40,469 bases of DNA from Octopus bimaculoides (taxonomy: Eukaryota), in assembly GCF_001194135.2 (NCBI RefSeq), contig NC_068986.1, positions 67,209,640 through 67,250,108 of the forward strand, given 5' to 3'. Below the pieces are notes generated by a model. It was not told where the DNA came from. It did not search any database and saw nothing but the letters and a program-made list of their open reading frames with translations. Numbering within the stretch: position 1 is the stretch's first letter; each line of letters starts with the position of its first letter. Positions 1 to 12,100 of this stretch are shown here, in pieces. Made by a program: the position numbers and the translations under genes.

Positions 1-332
1 TATCAAAAGGATGTGTTATAACACTATTCCACATATACAAAAAAAACAGCCTTATCAACAATCCAACATACCTCCTTCATCAGCTGCCCCACGGATATCA
101 TTATGGTTTCGACGCCTGGGCAGTACCTTTCAATCCCGCAGTGGCAACATCACTGAAAGAAGTATTGTTTGGGAACAGACATACCAAAAAACACAAGTTT
201 CAAACATTTACACTATGTACAACAGTATTCACTGTAAATATAGGCAGGACTAACTTTAAGATTAAACTACAAGAAATACATAAATCTATGTACATCTGTA
301 TCGGTATTAATAGTAAACCTACAATAACTAAA

Positions 333-515
333 TTATATACTAAATATTGTAAATTTTCCTTGGTCACATGGTATGCTTGTAAGTGAGAGATGTTTTATTT
401 GGTGCCTATGCACATTTAAACAGTTGGTTAATTTTGCTTTTGTTTCTCCAGCATAGTTTTCATTGAATCGTGAGAATGTGATACAGTATATCAGGGTTTT
501 GGTTTTGCAGTTCAT
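333..515 (-). mobile_element. Penelope-like element (PLE) GIY-YIG endonuclease remnant
   Basis: Minus-strand translation NCKTKTLIYCITFSRFNENYAGETKAKLTNCLNVHRHQIK fits the PLE GIY-YIG pattern (NC..VIY-x9-YIGET..L..R...H). It stops early and no RT is seen upstream, so it is a fragment. Confidence 0.72.
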
Positions 516-1625
516 ATTTTCATTTACCTTTTATTCCTTCCCATCTTTGAACTTTTCTGGATGATTAGCGCACCCCCCACACCTACACCTACACCCCCCG
601 CACACGCATATATCAAATATGAATTAGAAGCAGCTTGAAGGAAATAAACAATAGCTTTTTCTACTCGAGGCACAATTAGGTCACTCCAATCGACTATACC
701 TCTCCATCAGATGTTTTACAATACTTTGCACCCTGAGGCACGCCCTTGTTTGTAATCCTTTGCTTATTTTCCCTAAAAGGATCGCTTTGTTTTAACTGTG
801 TTCCAAACATAAACTCCAGGTAATTTTCCTAGAAAATCTAAATGACTTCTGCATTCTTATTCTTTACATACTCTAATCTTAAAACGTATATGTTTCTTTA
901 TATGTTCTAAGACTACAGAATTCAGGTTATGTTTAATTAAAGATTTTTGTATTACATTACCTCTATTAACGTAACAAGTCAAATTGCAATACAGACTTTC
1001 GAAAATATATATATGTTAAACGTTTAGGGTTAATATTTGAACGGAGTTAGTACAATTTTCTTACCCTATTTTCACTTTATGCTATACTAAATAATTTTAA
1101 AATGCACAGCGTATGTCTTTATGTTGATTTTAGATTACATATTCGTTGTTTATTTCCCACAATTTTGTATTTTCAAAATATCTTTTCTATTAATTTGTGC
1201 ACCATATATTTGTAAATATATAGGCATAAACATTTCTTCATTAGTTGCATTTTATATTCTGTCTTGTTATAAATTGTTTTATGAGTTCTAGCAAGAAATC
1301 TTTGTTTTTGTGCCGTCGTCAGGAAATCTTCCGACTCAACTTTGACAGCCAGTTCTGCAATAATCATTATCGATTACTGCTTTTCTTTCTTTTTTTCCTT
1401 TTTTTTTTTACTGACATGTAAGGACTTTGTGTACTAACGTCTTAGCAGAACATTTTCAATTTATATCTTGATTCTTTTTCCTGAAATATCTTGAGTAGGT
1501 TTTCCATCGTCCATATAGCGGATTTGACTCGGATTCTGTTTCATATTTGCTTGTAGAAAGCAGATGTTCGTTTCTTATTTTGTAACAAATAACATTAGTT
1601 CCCATTTATTATTTACATGTTATAA

Positions 1626-1830
1626 GGCGGTGAGCTGGCAGATTCGTTAACACGCCGGACAAAATGCATTGTTTTCACGTTCTGAGTTCAAATTCTGCTG
1701 AGGTCAACTTTGCCTTTCTCCTTACGAGGTCAATAAAATAAGTAACAGTTGAGCTGTGGGGTTCGCTGTTATTGACTAGCTTCTTCCCACCAAAAGTCTC
1801 AGGCCTGTACCGATAAAAGATTATTTACAA
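1626..1830 (+). mobile_element. tRNA-derived SINE, family A copy
   Basis: GGCGGTGAGCTGGCAGATTCGTTAACACGCCGG head, B-box-like GAGTTCAAATTC, then GAGGTCAACTTTGCCTTT. Homologous to copies at 4228, 8618, 22487 and 32340. Confidence 0.8.
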
Positions 1831-2039
1831 CTTTATATATATTGCTATAATTCTTAGTCAATGCAATTGCTTCACATAGATCCAATCCCACTCACTGTGT
1901 CTCCCTCCTGGGCTATAAATCTTTCTTTGAATGGTTTCTATAGCAAGCGAGTTTTATGAAAAATAGACTGCTAATCTGTAATTCAATCTTCATAAATTCA
2001 CGGTTTGGGACCAGCTGGTATTCTCAAAGGTTACAATAA

Positions 2040-2180
2040 TAGGGAGTGGAATAGAAGAGAGAGAGAGGGAGAGAGAGCGCGGAAGAACAGAGAGAGGAAT
2101 AAGAGAGGAACAAGGGAAGGAGAGGAAGAAGAGACAGAGATTGAAAGAAGAGAGCGGAGGAAGAGAGAGAGAGAGTAGGA
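2040..2180. repeat. GA-rich purine low-complexity tract
   Basis: Imperfect (GA)n/(GGAAGA) runs read directly. Confidence 0.85.
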
Positions 2181-2184
2181 ATAG

Positions 2185-2255
2185 AATTTTATTTTATCGA
2201 TCTTGTAAGGACGAAAGGATAAGCTGATCTCAGCTGGATTTGAGCTCAGTACTTA
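2185..2255 (-). mobile_element. SINE family A fragment
   Basis: TTTTATCGATCTTGTAAGGACGAAAGG...GGATTTGAGCTCAG matches the reverse-orientation core seen at 32420-32475. Confidence 0.55.
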
Positions 2256-2765
2256 ATGAACCGGAACATGTACCAGATAGCACTCGTTTTTCGTTGTAAG
2301 GAGTCCATCATTTCGCTCTTTACTCCTTCAGCTTCCTGGTTGCTGAAGACCTCTAATACAATGTTTCTGTGTCAGCTAATGGGCGCCGTATTCTAGACAC
2401 AGTAATTATTTCTCTGGTAAATTCACTTAACTCCCAATTCAGAATCATAACTAGAACTTATTATTGGAATGTGTAAGATAATTGATTTCTAACTCATTCG
2501 AAGCATTTAGCTCCCTCTTAGGTTTAATATAATTTGTACTTAATATTACTTCCGTAACTTTTCTGTTATTGATGTGTGTTTTCTATGCTTAACACATTAA
2601 TTCCGTAGTATTTGCACGTCTGTATGTGCTTTAATTGTCTTATTTCTGCTCCTTATCTAATAACATATTAGATAATACAGTTCTATATTTAAGAGATGAG
2701 GAATTACGTACATTGTTTACATTATTTACATTTGACGGATATTTGTCCTCATCTTGTTTATTGTT

Positions 2766-2811
2766 AGCACAACGTTTCGGCTGATATACCCTCCTGCCTT
2801 TATCAGGTGTC
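2766..2811 (-). ncRNA. Minimal type I hammerhead ribozyme motif (PLE type), core G8-to-A variant, probably inactive in this copy
   Basis: Minus strand reads GACAC-CTGATAA-A-GGCAG GAGGGTATAT CAGCC-GAAA-CGT-T-GTGCT: stem I, CUGAN(G)A core, 4/5-bp stem II, GAAA, palindromic ACGU stem III, GUU cleavage triplet. Confidence 0.6.
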
Positions 2812-2902
2812 TTGGGGGAAATTTCAAACCTGGGTTCTCATTCGGTAGGTATTTTCCGATGTTATTTTTATTATTAATATCATTATTATTATTATTATTA
2901 TT

Positions 2903-2963
2903 AATCGAACTCGCAATTTTAGAGTTAGTAGCTCGCGCTCTTAACCACTACGCCATATGCCCG
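2903..2963 (-). pseudogene. tRNA-like Pol III cassette (left arm of foldback), truncated after B box
   Basis: Minus strand GGGCATATGGCGTAGTGGTTAAGAGCGCGAGCTACTAACTCTAAAATTGCGAGTTCGATT, followed directly by (AAT)n. Confidence 0.6.
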
Positions 2964-3089
2964 TGTGCAATTATGGAGTGAATTTTAGGGCTTAAAAATC
3001 TAATATTTTCCTATTATTTTCTTAATATTAAGGAAGAATAGGAAAATATCAGACTTATAAGCTCTAAAATTCACTCCATAATTGCAAAC

Positions 3090-3162
3090 GAGCATATGGC
3101 GTAGTGGTTAAGAGCCCGGGCTACTAACCCCAAGATTCCGAGTTCGTTTCCAAACAGTGACC
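3090..3162 (+). pseudogene. tRNA-like Pol III cassette (right arm of foldback)
   Basis: A box TGGCGTAGTGG (3097-3107), anticodon-like loop GGG-CTACTAA-CCC, B-box-like GAGTTCGTTTCC (3140-3151). Acceptor stem does not close, so not a functional tRNA. Confidence 0.65.
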
Positions 3163-3759
3163 TTAATATTAATAATAAACATCGAGAAAACACGTTAACA
3201 ACAAACAAGATGAGGACAAATATCTGTCAAATGTAAATAATGTAAATAATGACCATATTAGATGGTTATTAATTAATAAATATTACTGCTGGTACTACTA
3301 AGACTGACTCTTTGGATTCGATTGTGCTGCTTTTATGGAATGTAAATGCTGTTTCATACTTTCAATTTAACTATCATCCCTTATGATACAAATATGTTTC
3401 CCTCTTTCTTGGATATGAAAAATATCTTGGAAGTGATAAATATGAAACATCTCGAAAAAATGTACGACCGTCAGAGTAATGTAAAGAAAGTAAAGACAGT
3501 TTAATGAAAAGTTTGATAAATTACAGTTGAAATATTGCATTCAACTGCTGGTAAGATAAGAGATAATCTGTATATGTGAGATGAATAACGGTTTTAGTAA
3601 ATTACTAATTAGAAGAGACTTTGTAGGATTCATGATGGTTTGAGTAACTGAAACCATAACAGTTAACCAACTCTATGCGTCACTATAACTTTGAAATATA
3701 AATCCGCATCTAAGAAATAATGTTGCTTTTAACGATATTTGTTTTTGTTTTTTTCGTAT

Positions 3760-3994
3760 AGATGATGATAGCGATGATGATGATAATTATGACGATAATG
3801 ATGATGGTGATGATGATGACGACGACGAGGACGACGATGCTGCTGCTGATGATGATCATGATGATTATCATGATCATCATCATCTTTCATGGTGATTATG
3901 ATAAAAATTATCACCAACGAGGTGATAAAAAGGAATAGACAGGTAGAGAATGTGGCGTTGCAAATCATCAATGATGTCGGAAGTATTATTATTA

Positions 3995-4090
<96 letters not shown>

Positions 4091-4170
4091 ATAATAGTAG
4101 TAGCAGCAGCACCAGTTGTTGTTGCTGCTGTAATAGTTGTAGTCGCACTGGTTGTAGTTGTAGTAATGAG
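3760..4170. repeat. Compound trinucleotide microsatellite (GAT/GAC, TAT, TAG, CAG, TTG blocks)
   Basis: Read directly; it explains the poly-L/I/V/T/N ORFs 3729-4439, 3880-4221, 3889-4197 and 3950-4210. Confidence 0.95.
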
Positions 4171-4227
4171 AGAACACATACAAGATGGAGAAGATAAGAA
4201 GTGTAGGTAATATATATACACACGGAA

Positions 4228-4400
4228 AGGTGAGGAGCTTGGAGAACCGTTAGCACGCCGGGAAAATGCTTAGCGGCATGTCGTCCGTCTTTACGTTCTG
4301 ACTTCAAATTCTGCAGAGGCTGCAGCGAGTACTGGGGTTGATGTAATAAATGTAGTCCCTTCCTTGAAATTCCTAGGCTTGTGTCAATATTTGAAACCAA
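4228..4400 (+). mobile_element. SINE family A copy with internal deletion
   Basis: GAGCTTGGAGAACCGTTAGCACGCCGGGAAAATGCTTAGCGGCATGTCGTCCGTCTTTACGTTCTGACTTCAAATTC, then TACTGGGGTTGATGTAAT. Confidence 0.8.
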
Positions 4401-4654
4401 TATAAATAAACATGAATTTCGATATAGATTAAAAAGCATAAAACAAATAATGCTCTACCATTTTTTTATTCATCGCCTAGTTAGGAGGAAGAACAAGGAT
4501 CATGGTTGTGTACCATTTCTAGGGCGTTCAAGACAAGTAATAAGCAAAAAGGGAGGAACGGATTTTTTAATCGGCGAACTGGGTCGGATGCTTCCAGCAG
4601 GGCAACCTCTGTTGAAAGGGACACAAACATAGGTTTTGATATGAAACTGTGATA

Positions 4655-4785
4655 TTGATTACGTCTACAATTTATTTATCGAACCTAGAAGGATGGAAGG
4701 CGAATTTGATCTCGATGGAAGTTGAACTCAGAAAACAAGCAGTGAGAATAAATACCACGGATATTTCTTCTAGATCTCTTTTCCA
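4655..4785 (-). mobile_element. Degenerate SINE family A copy
   Basis: TTTATCGAACCTAGAAGGATGGAAGGCGAATTTGATCTCGATGGAAGTTGAACTCAGAA resembles the family A core in reverse. Confidence 0.55.
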
Positions 4786-7700
4786 AATTTGTCTCTGTCT
4801 GTCTGTTTGTCTCGTTCTGTCTACCTCTCTGTTTCTCTCTCTCTCTATCACTTTCTCTCTATCACTCTCTCTCCATACACTCACACATATATATCTTTAT
4901 ACATATAAAGGTGAATAAAGGTATATCCAGTCTCATAAATGACTAATCTTTGATTTATTGCATTATTGAAATTATCTTCCTTTTGAGCCGGGCAATCATC
5001 ACCAGATGTGAGATGCTCCGAAAATTGTATGCCATTCAAAAATAACTCTTGATTTTTTGGAGAAAACAAAACAGCGGTGGTATGTGTCTCTCCTTAATAG
5101 ATGTCCACAGCATAGGAGTCGTCCCGTATTAACCCAGCAAGTGAGATACCGAGACACTTTCAGAAAACGTAGAAAACATTGCAGTCCTAAGATAATTTAC
5201 TTAAGTTAAACGAAAATTAACTAAGGGAAGTAATTCAGAAAAGCCTATGACATGGATACGGACAACAGTGACGAATAAAAATATATCAAATACAACGTAA
5301 TACGATTAATTCCTGATATATTGAAATTATTTTCCCTTTGGAAGATATGTAAATAAATGCTCTATGATAATTGCAACAAATTTCACACGAAAAAGAGTGA
5401 TAATTTCAAGAAACAAAAATTCTCTGAAATTGGTATGAAATTAAGGAAAAGACAGACTGATACCTATACACCAGAGAATAGATGTGATACCTGCTTCTGT
5501 CTAAGGAATTTTTTAGCCCAATACTTATACAGTATTAATTCTAGCTTTCTACTCCGAATTCCACCGTTAAAAACGATTCATTTTGTGTCTCTTGACGTTT
5601 CTAAGTTCTTATGAATTAAACAACATAAAATACTCGCTGGCAACAACAAAGCTTCTAAAATGGATGGGGAAATTCAAACGATTTCTTTTTGCACAATTTT
5701 GGAACATTTTTCCTGCTTACAGAAGATTTGGGTTCGAGTTTCACGGACAAACTTTGCCTGTTTCCAGCTAAGGTATTTCAAATCCAATATATACACGGAC
5801 ACGTTATTATCTATTGCTTTACCTACTCCAAGTTGCACCGTTAAAAACGATGTATGCATTCGTAGACACATTCATGGTTTGTCGCTGTAACGACAGCAGG
5901 AAAATTCTATGTAGCTACAGAATAAATCATCTGAATCCAAATCAATAAATACTCTGAACTGAATGCTGTTTCTGTCGTCCATAATCCCAAATATATACTT
6001 AAACACAGTCTCACTAAATGAATTATGGATATATTTTTTCGATGTATTTATGGGGGGAAAAAAGTTAATACCAAATATCACCGATCACCCGGACTATTTT
6101 ATTTCAGTTTTAAAGAAACCTTTATCTTTTCATACATAGAAGAAAAAGTCAAACTTACAATACACTTATTTCTATATTTAGTTTTACCTGTGAAAATGTG
6201 GCGTGAGAGCAGATCGCTTCAGAAACATCTGTTTCTTAATAGAAAAACAGGAAAATGCTCAAATATATTCTTGGAAGAAACATAAATTCAAATTTTCTTT
6301 CTCTTTTATACCTCTTTCATAAAATAAACGTTTCCCCATGTTTGAGGTGGCATGTGCTTAATATTGAATTAATTAAAATTTCTTTATTAATATAGTTGTT
6401 ACTTTATTTCTGCGTCAGATAAAAATATGTTTTCATTATTACATTTTGATTTATATGTTAAATAACATGTAAAATGATTAAAAAACATTTAATCATATAA
6501 AGTTTTGAAAGATTACTATTATTACATATGTAACAAATATACATGGGATTATACAAACACTCGAATATTACCATTATTTAATTAGACACATATGCTGTTT
6601 ACAAGTATATATATACGCATGCTTGCAAATTTCTATATATATTTGATTTAGGCAACCGACTGAATCAGTTTCTTTCTGTGAGTTTGCGCGCGTGTGTGTA
6701 TGCGTGTACGCTGTTATATAAAATTGCAGTTCGCATACATACACTCCCATACTCTTGATTAGGATGTTACTATTAACACACAGAAAATGTATAGTACATA
6801 CACTTTCAATCAGATTTTCGTTTCGCATTCTTAATCTTTTAAAATGCAATTTATTTACTAAGTAGCTTATCTGCGTGCCGTGTACAGTGGCGAAAATGTT
6901 AACCGTAAAACGCAATAATCATGAGCATGTATTTCTATGAAGCTTTCTAATTCTGTTTCAGTCAGTTGGCAAAATCAAATATATAGAGAAATTTACAAAC
7001 ATAAATATTGAATGAAGAATGAAATTAAAATGGAATTATTAATAGAAGTAAAGAACCGAAAAATAAATACATAGAGATCGAACAATATTATTAACAATTT
7101 AGTCAATGAATACTTTGCAGAAACGTAGCAGTCAGGAGAGATTTTGATAAAATTTGTTTTTATTATTGATTATTATGACAGTTTCCGGAAGTATTAAGAA
7201 CAGACGCTTCGTTCTACTTCCTGTCTTGAATTAAAATTGACAGCTCTGAATTTTATCTTACACACGAAATACATGTAAATTGTCTCTCTTTAGCACTCCA
7301 GGCTTGTCTAAAGTTTCATTTATTTTAAAAACACAAACAAGCATCATATATACATTTACAAAGTACTTTAAACTATTAAGTCATACATACGCACACAAAC
7401 GGACATTGTGTGTAATGTAAAACGTGTCAGAGGTATATAGGGTAAATGGAATTCTGTTAGACTAAGTGACGATGTGCAAATGTTTTTCTTTTTTTTTTAT
7501 GAATATTATACTCAGGTATGTCAGTTCAGTCGACTGTTCTGTTAATTATTCCTGTTGACAGATAATGTGATGAAAATAACATCACGGAAAAATTGAATCA
7601 TACAATTATTAGGTTGCTGACGTTTTCAAAACACTTTCAGTTAGATGTTTTCAAAAAGAAAACAAATATGATACAAAATATTATGTCTTGCAGCCTGTGA

Positions 7701-7829
7701 AAAGTTTTTCATGGAAAATTAAATGTTAGTATAATGAAGTGATTGTAAATAATATGATTGAACAAATATATAAAGTGGCATATTTGCCGAGTACACATTT
7801 GTTTAAAGGAAGTACCTATTGAACAAACC

Positions 7830-8015
7830 AACCAACTAGTCTTCATTTGGTCGACCGACCTGCTAGAATTAACAGCTAATTCTCTCTCAAATCACACTTG
7901 ACAGTCTTAAAAACGGAAAGGCCACCATGTGTTATGTAGTCCTAAATAAACAAAGTCTGCAATGAAATATGGCTTGACTATGGTTGGAATGTCTTTGATA
8001 GCAGATCTGTTCGAA
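7830..8015 (+). mobile_element. Interspersed repeat fragment (probable SINE 3' body, different family)
   Basis: TGGTCGACCGACCTGCTAGAA..CTCTCAAATCACAC..GTCTTAAAA..TGGAATGTCTTTGAT recalled as a cephalopod repeat; single copy here, so not verifiable internally. Confidence 0.35.
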
Positions 8016-8617
8016 AAGGATTGATAAGGACTAAACCACTGTGCTTACTGCGTCAATGATTATTGGAGTAACATTTTAAATCGGAGATTCTAATCTGAAT
8101 ATTTCGAAATGAGGACCGATTTATACCAGACGTAGATGACGGTGTGTAATGGTTCTTAAAAAAGACACTTATTGTATACAAACTGTTATACGGCAGTTTA
8201 TTCGCTAGCTTTGCCATCACAACACGACGAAATGTGCATAACATCACGATGCCTTGACAGACAGTAAACTTGAAGACCGCATTATTTACTCAAAAGAGAA
8301 AGATCCCGCGCAATGTCATCTGTTTTCTCACTTAAATAGGAAAACCTTCAGAAATAGGACCTTTCTTAAGGCCCAATTAAAGGATAAATATTTTATGCAA
8401 TGTCATAGATATAAGAAAATATTCAATAGATATAAATTAAGGGTCTCGTTCAGTTACGCACCTAGTTTCAAAATATTTAGTTAGTACCCTTAAATCACGG
8501 ATAGATGCAGAAAGCTCATGTAGAGTTTACAATAAGTACCCAGTGAGTGGTCAATGCAAACCTAAGCTGTGGTGTATGAAGCAAAAGTAATGTTGATTTC
8601 AAATTTCACCACAAGGG

Positions 8618-8808
8618 CAGCAACTTCAGGGGAGGGAGTAAGTCGATTGCATCAACCCCAGTGTTCAAGTGGCACACATTTTATCGACCTCGAAAGGTTG
8701 AAATGCAAAGTCGACCCCGGTGGCACTTGAAGTCAGAGCGTAAAGACGGACGAAATGCCGCTATGCGTTTTACCCGACGCGCTAACTATTATGTTAGCTT
8801 GCCACGCT
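8618..8808 (-). mobile_element. SINE family A copy
   Basis: TTTTATCGACCTCGAAAGGTTGAAATGCAAAGTCGACCCCGGTGGCACTTGAAGTCAGAGCGTAAAGACGGACGAAATGCCGCT is the reverse complement of the family A head and core. Confidence 0.8.
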
Positions 8809-9059
8809 AAGCAGAAGTGATATTGACCAACACTACAGGAGCAAGACATAGAGAGAAATACGTCTTAAGGTCAGGTTGAATTTTTACCAATCCACCTTCA
8901 GAACCAAGGAAAAGTATGCTAAATATTTTCCCCTGCATTTAAGACGACGAAAATAATTTCAGTGCGTCTCGATTCAGAACAAATATCCCAAAACTGATCC
9001 TTTGTAAATCACTGGTTTTGGCAAATTTTGGCAGATTATTAAAACTGTTGCAGCTATAC

Positions 9060-9082
9060 AAACACACGCACACGCACGCACA

Positions 9083-9155
<73 letters not shown>
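9060..9155. repeat. (CA)n microsatellite
   Basis: Read directly. Confidence 0.95.
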
Positions 9156-9157
<2 letters not shown>

Positions 9158-12100
9158 GTTCATACTCACACAAGTGCACATACACATGCGCATAGTTACC
9201 ATCAATCAAATTTCTCATACAGTGTATTAAATTATCTGAGATTATGCAAGAAAGTGCAACACTGTAGGGCCAAGTCTGAAACGGTGTAATTTTGAAGCAA
9301 ATCTCTTAAGCAAAGAGCCTCCTTTATGCCCAAAAGGCTGTTCGGCTGCTGAAGGTTTTACTTTTTACTAGTGAAAGATTAACGAAAAAAAAAATGGCAG
9401 AAAGTAGCCACGATGGTAAAATAAAATGATTTCAAATCAGAACTGAAATCTTGTGATTGGTTAATAGTGCTCCTGTGATATAATTCCTTTCACGTGATAC
9501 GATATCTATCTTTGTCGAGTTGTTTCAGTAGTCCTGTTTCTGAAATTAGAGTTTATAATGTCTAATATCACCTTACTTTGAAATATATACAAATAACAAT
9601 AACTGTTACAACAATAGCATTTCCTTTTGAGTAGTCCTAAGATGAGGCAAGTGGTTGAATATCTTAAAACTTTTTTACTTAGTAGATTAAACGGTATCAA
9701 AATTCCATTCTCCAAATAGTGATCCTTTAAAGTATAGAGAATTTGAGGAATCACATCTAGTGCACAAACTACTCTGTAAACGTCAATAATAATTTTATAA
9801 CTGCCGATTTATCGCTAAACTATTTTACCTGCCATTAAACAGAACATAAAGTAAGAATTCATTTAATAGAAAATTACCGATTGGAGTTCAGAAAGGAGAA
9901 AAAATGATAATAAATGATAAAGAACGGATAAATAAACAGACTGGAAATCTGCTATTAGATTTTATTGGAAATCGATGTTAATAACTGTAATAATGCTTGC
10001 AGTCATCCTTGTTTTGCGGATATTATTCTTTAATCGCTACAGTTTATCCTAAAACTAGTCATTGGTCTTCATCACTGGATAATTTAGCTTGTTACGAAAG
10101 ATAAAACGAAATAAAAACATGTAGCTACCTGTGTAAACAACCGCTTTGTATTTATTCCATTATACAATAAAAATTACAGGTAAATACTCGCGAATGGGTT
10201 AAATGTAAAATATATGTAATTATTAAATGAATTCTCGTAAGTTCAAATTTTTTTTGAATTATGAAAAAAATATCTTTTTAAAATCTTTTGTAATTATCCC
10301 GTATTAGCCATAATTGAGCAGATGTACAGCATGAAGATTGAGGTCAAAAATTCGGCGTGAGGCAGAAATCCATTGTTCAATATATATCATAACTCTACCT
10401 GTTGAAGAACAATAATCAGCATTCTGACTTGGTAATATCCTTACTCCATTGGAAGTGAGAAGATCATTGGGTTTTACATTAATTCAGCTTATGAATGGTG
10501 AGATAAAGTATGCATTTGTCTCTCTGGGTAAGGTTACATTCAAAACACTTGCAGCATGTATAGGTGTCTTTATTTTTTCTTTGTTAAACTTTGCAAAAAC
10601 GAAAGCCTGTGATCCCTATGATTGGCAAATAATATATTTCGTACAAATAGTTATAGCTTTCTCATTTTAAGCATAAGTTGCAAATGTAGTTTGTAGCGTA
10701 AGATTAGATCGGATTCACATCGAACGATATTTGGAGACGATAACGTGTGAAAACGTATGAGTAGAATATGAAGTTAATGCATGCCAGTCTGTTAAGGACT
10801 TCAACTGTGCAGATAACACAAGATATTGTAATAATACAAAATATGAGCAATAACATATATAACGCAAATAGAAATAATTGAGTTCGATAAATCTAGTGAT
10901 AATATGTGCTGATACAATACAATTAATAGTGTAAGAAGTAAAGGTAAGTTTTGATGTTTAGATATTAGATATAGTCTTTTAGGAAAGAACTCGCATTTTC
11001 TACTTACTTAATAGATGTCTTCTGCCGGAACAGATCTTCACTAGATTTATCGAACTCCAGTAATATTATTTGCTCTATATGCTTTATGGTTCATATTATA
11101 TCAGCAATAAAGGCATTATGCAAATTGTATTGAGCTGGTTATAGTTATAGGTAATGTGAACAGTCATATTGGATTAGATATTTATTATTTCGAGCGTATC
11201 TTTTGGTAACGTTAACTTGATTGATGACCTATTTTGTTCCAAAATATCCGTACGTTTTCCTTATTTAATGCATCTTTTGGTTTAGTGTCTATCGAAATGT
11301 TTTCCTCAGTTGAGCGATTGCATTAGCTGGACAATAGCTACAGTGTTTAATTTTAGCATTCTTGGATTCGTTGTCATGAATAAAACAAACACCAATATTA
11401 CAAGAGATTTCCAATGACTTAACTATATCTATATCCTTCATAGAAAGTGACGTAGACTGTAAGAAAAAGACCTTATCAGTTATTACGCATTTCTCACGAC
11501 CTGCAAAAACACTCTTCTTAAATATTGAGCTAACACAATTATGTTATTTGATCCTTTAAAGAATTTTTTCACGCGCGTTTTAATTTCAACGAAATCAATA
11601 TTACATCGTAAGATATCATTTAATATTTTAATTAAAATTTTGACGTCATCATTACTAGAAATTACAGGATAATTACATGTTGTGAAATTTGTGGAGATTT
11701 CAAGCTAATTTGGATGGTATTATCTTTCATTTAATACACTTCTTTCATAACAATTTTACACTCATTGGAATCCTATTTTTTGTTTTTCGATTTTGCTTGC
11801 AAAATTTAAACGAACAAAATCTGTTTTTTTTTTGTTTTGTCTTGTATTTTTCTTTTTCATTAAGAGAATGGAATAATAATTATGTTATTTCTTTTACACT
11901 TAAGTTTGTTAATTACTAAATAAATTTAAATGCTATTTGCTTATTTATTCAATTAACATAGCGAGTTTGGCAAGTACTGATATCGAAAAGATAAGCTTCC
12001 TCTTGGGTCTGCGATATGGTTTCAATTGTTCGTTTATCCCATTATATTTCACTTACTGTTTTATTGTTAGCCTTAATATAAAGTGTTGCGCTTAATCAAA

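Larger units (their letters stand above)
2678..3250. mobile_element. Head-to-head foldback (palindromic) non-autonomous element with tRNA-like cassette and hammerhead motif
   Basis: Symmetry centre CTTAAT|ATTAAG at 3021-3032. The arms are near-reverse-complements: AATTCACTCCATAATTGCA..GCATATGGCGTAGTGGTTAAGAGC and AAACAAGATGAGGACAAATATC(C/T)GTCAAATGTAAATAATGT occur in both. The right arm lacks ~80 nt (left 2769-2848) and ends at ~3250. Confidence 0.85.

Noticed and set aside
3729-4439. 236-aa ORF and overlapping ORFs with poly-L/I/V/T/N/H tracts
   Set aside because: They are translations of a compound trinucleotide microsatellite plus an antisense SINE; no domain content.
10465-10565. Minus-strand YTCCKCFECN..H text resembling a C2H2 zinc finger
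   Set aside because: Cys/His spacing does not fit, and all frames after the nearest acceptor hit stops.
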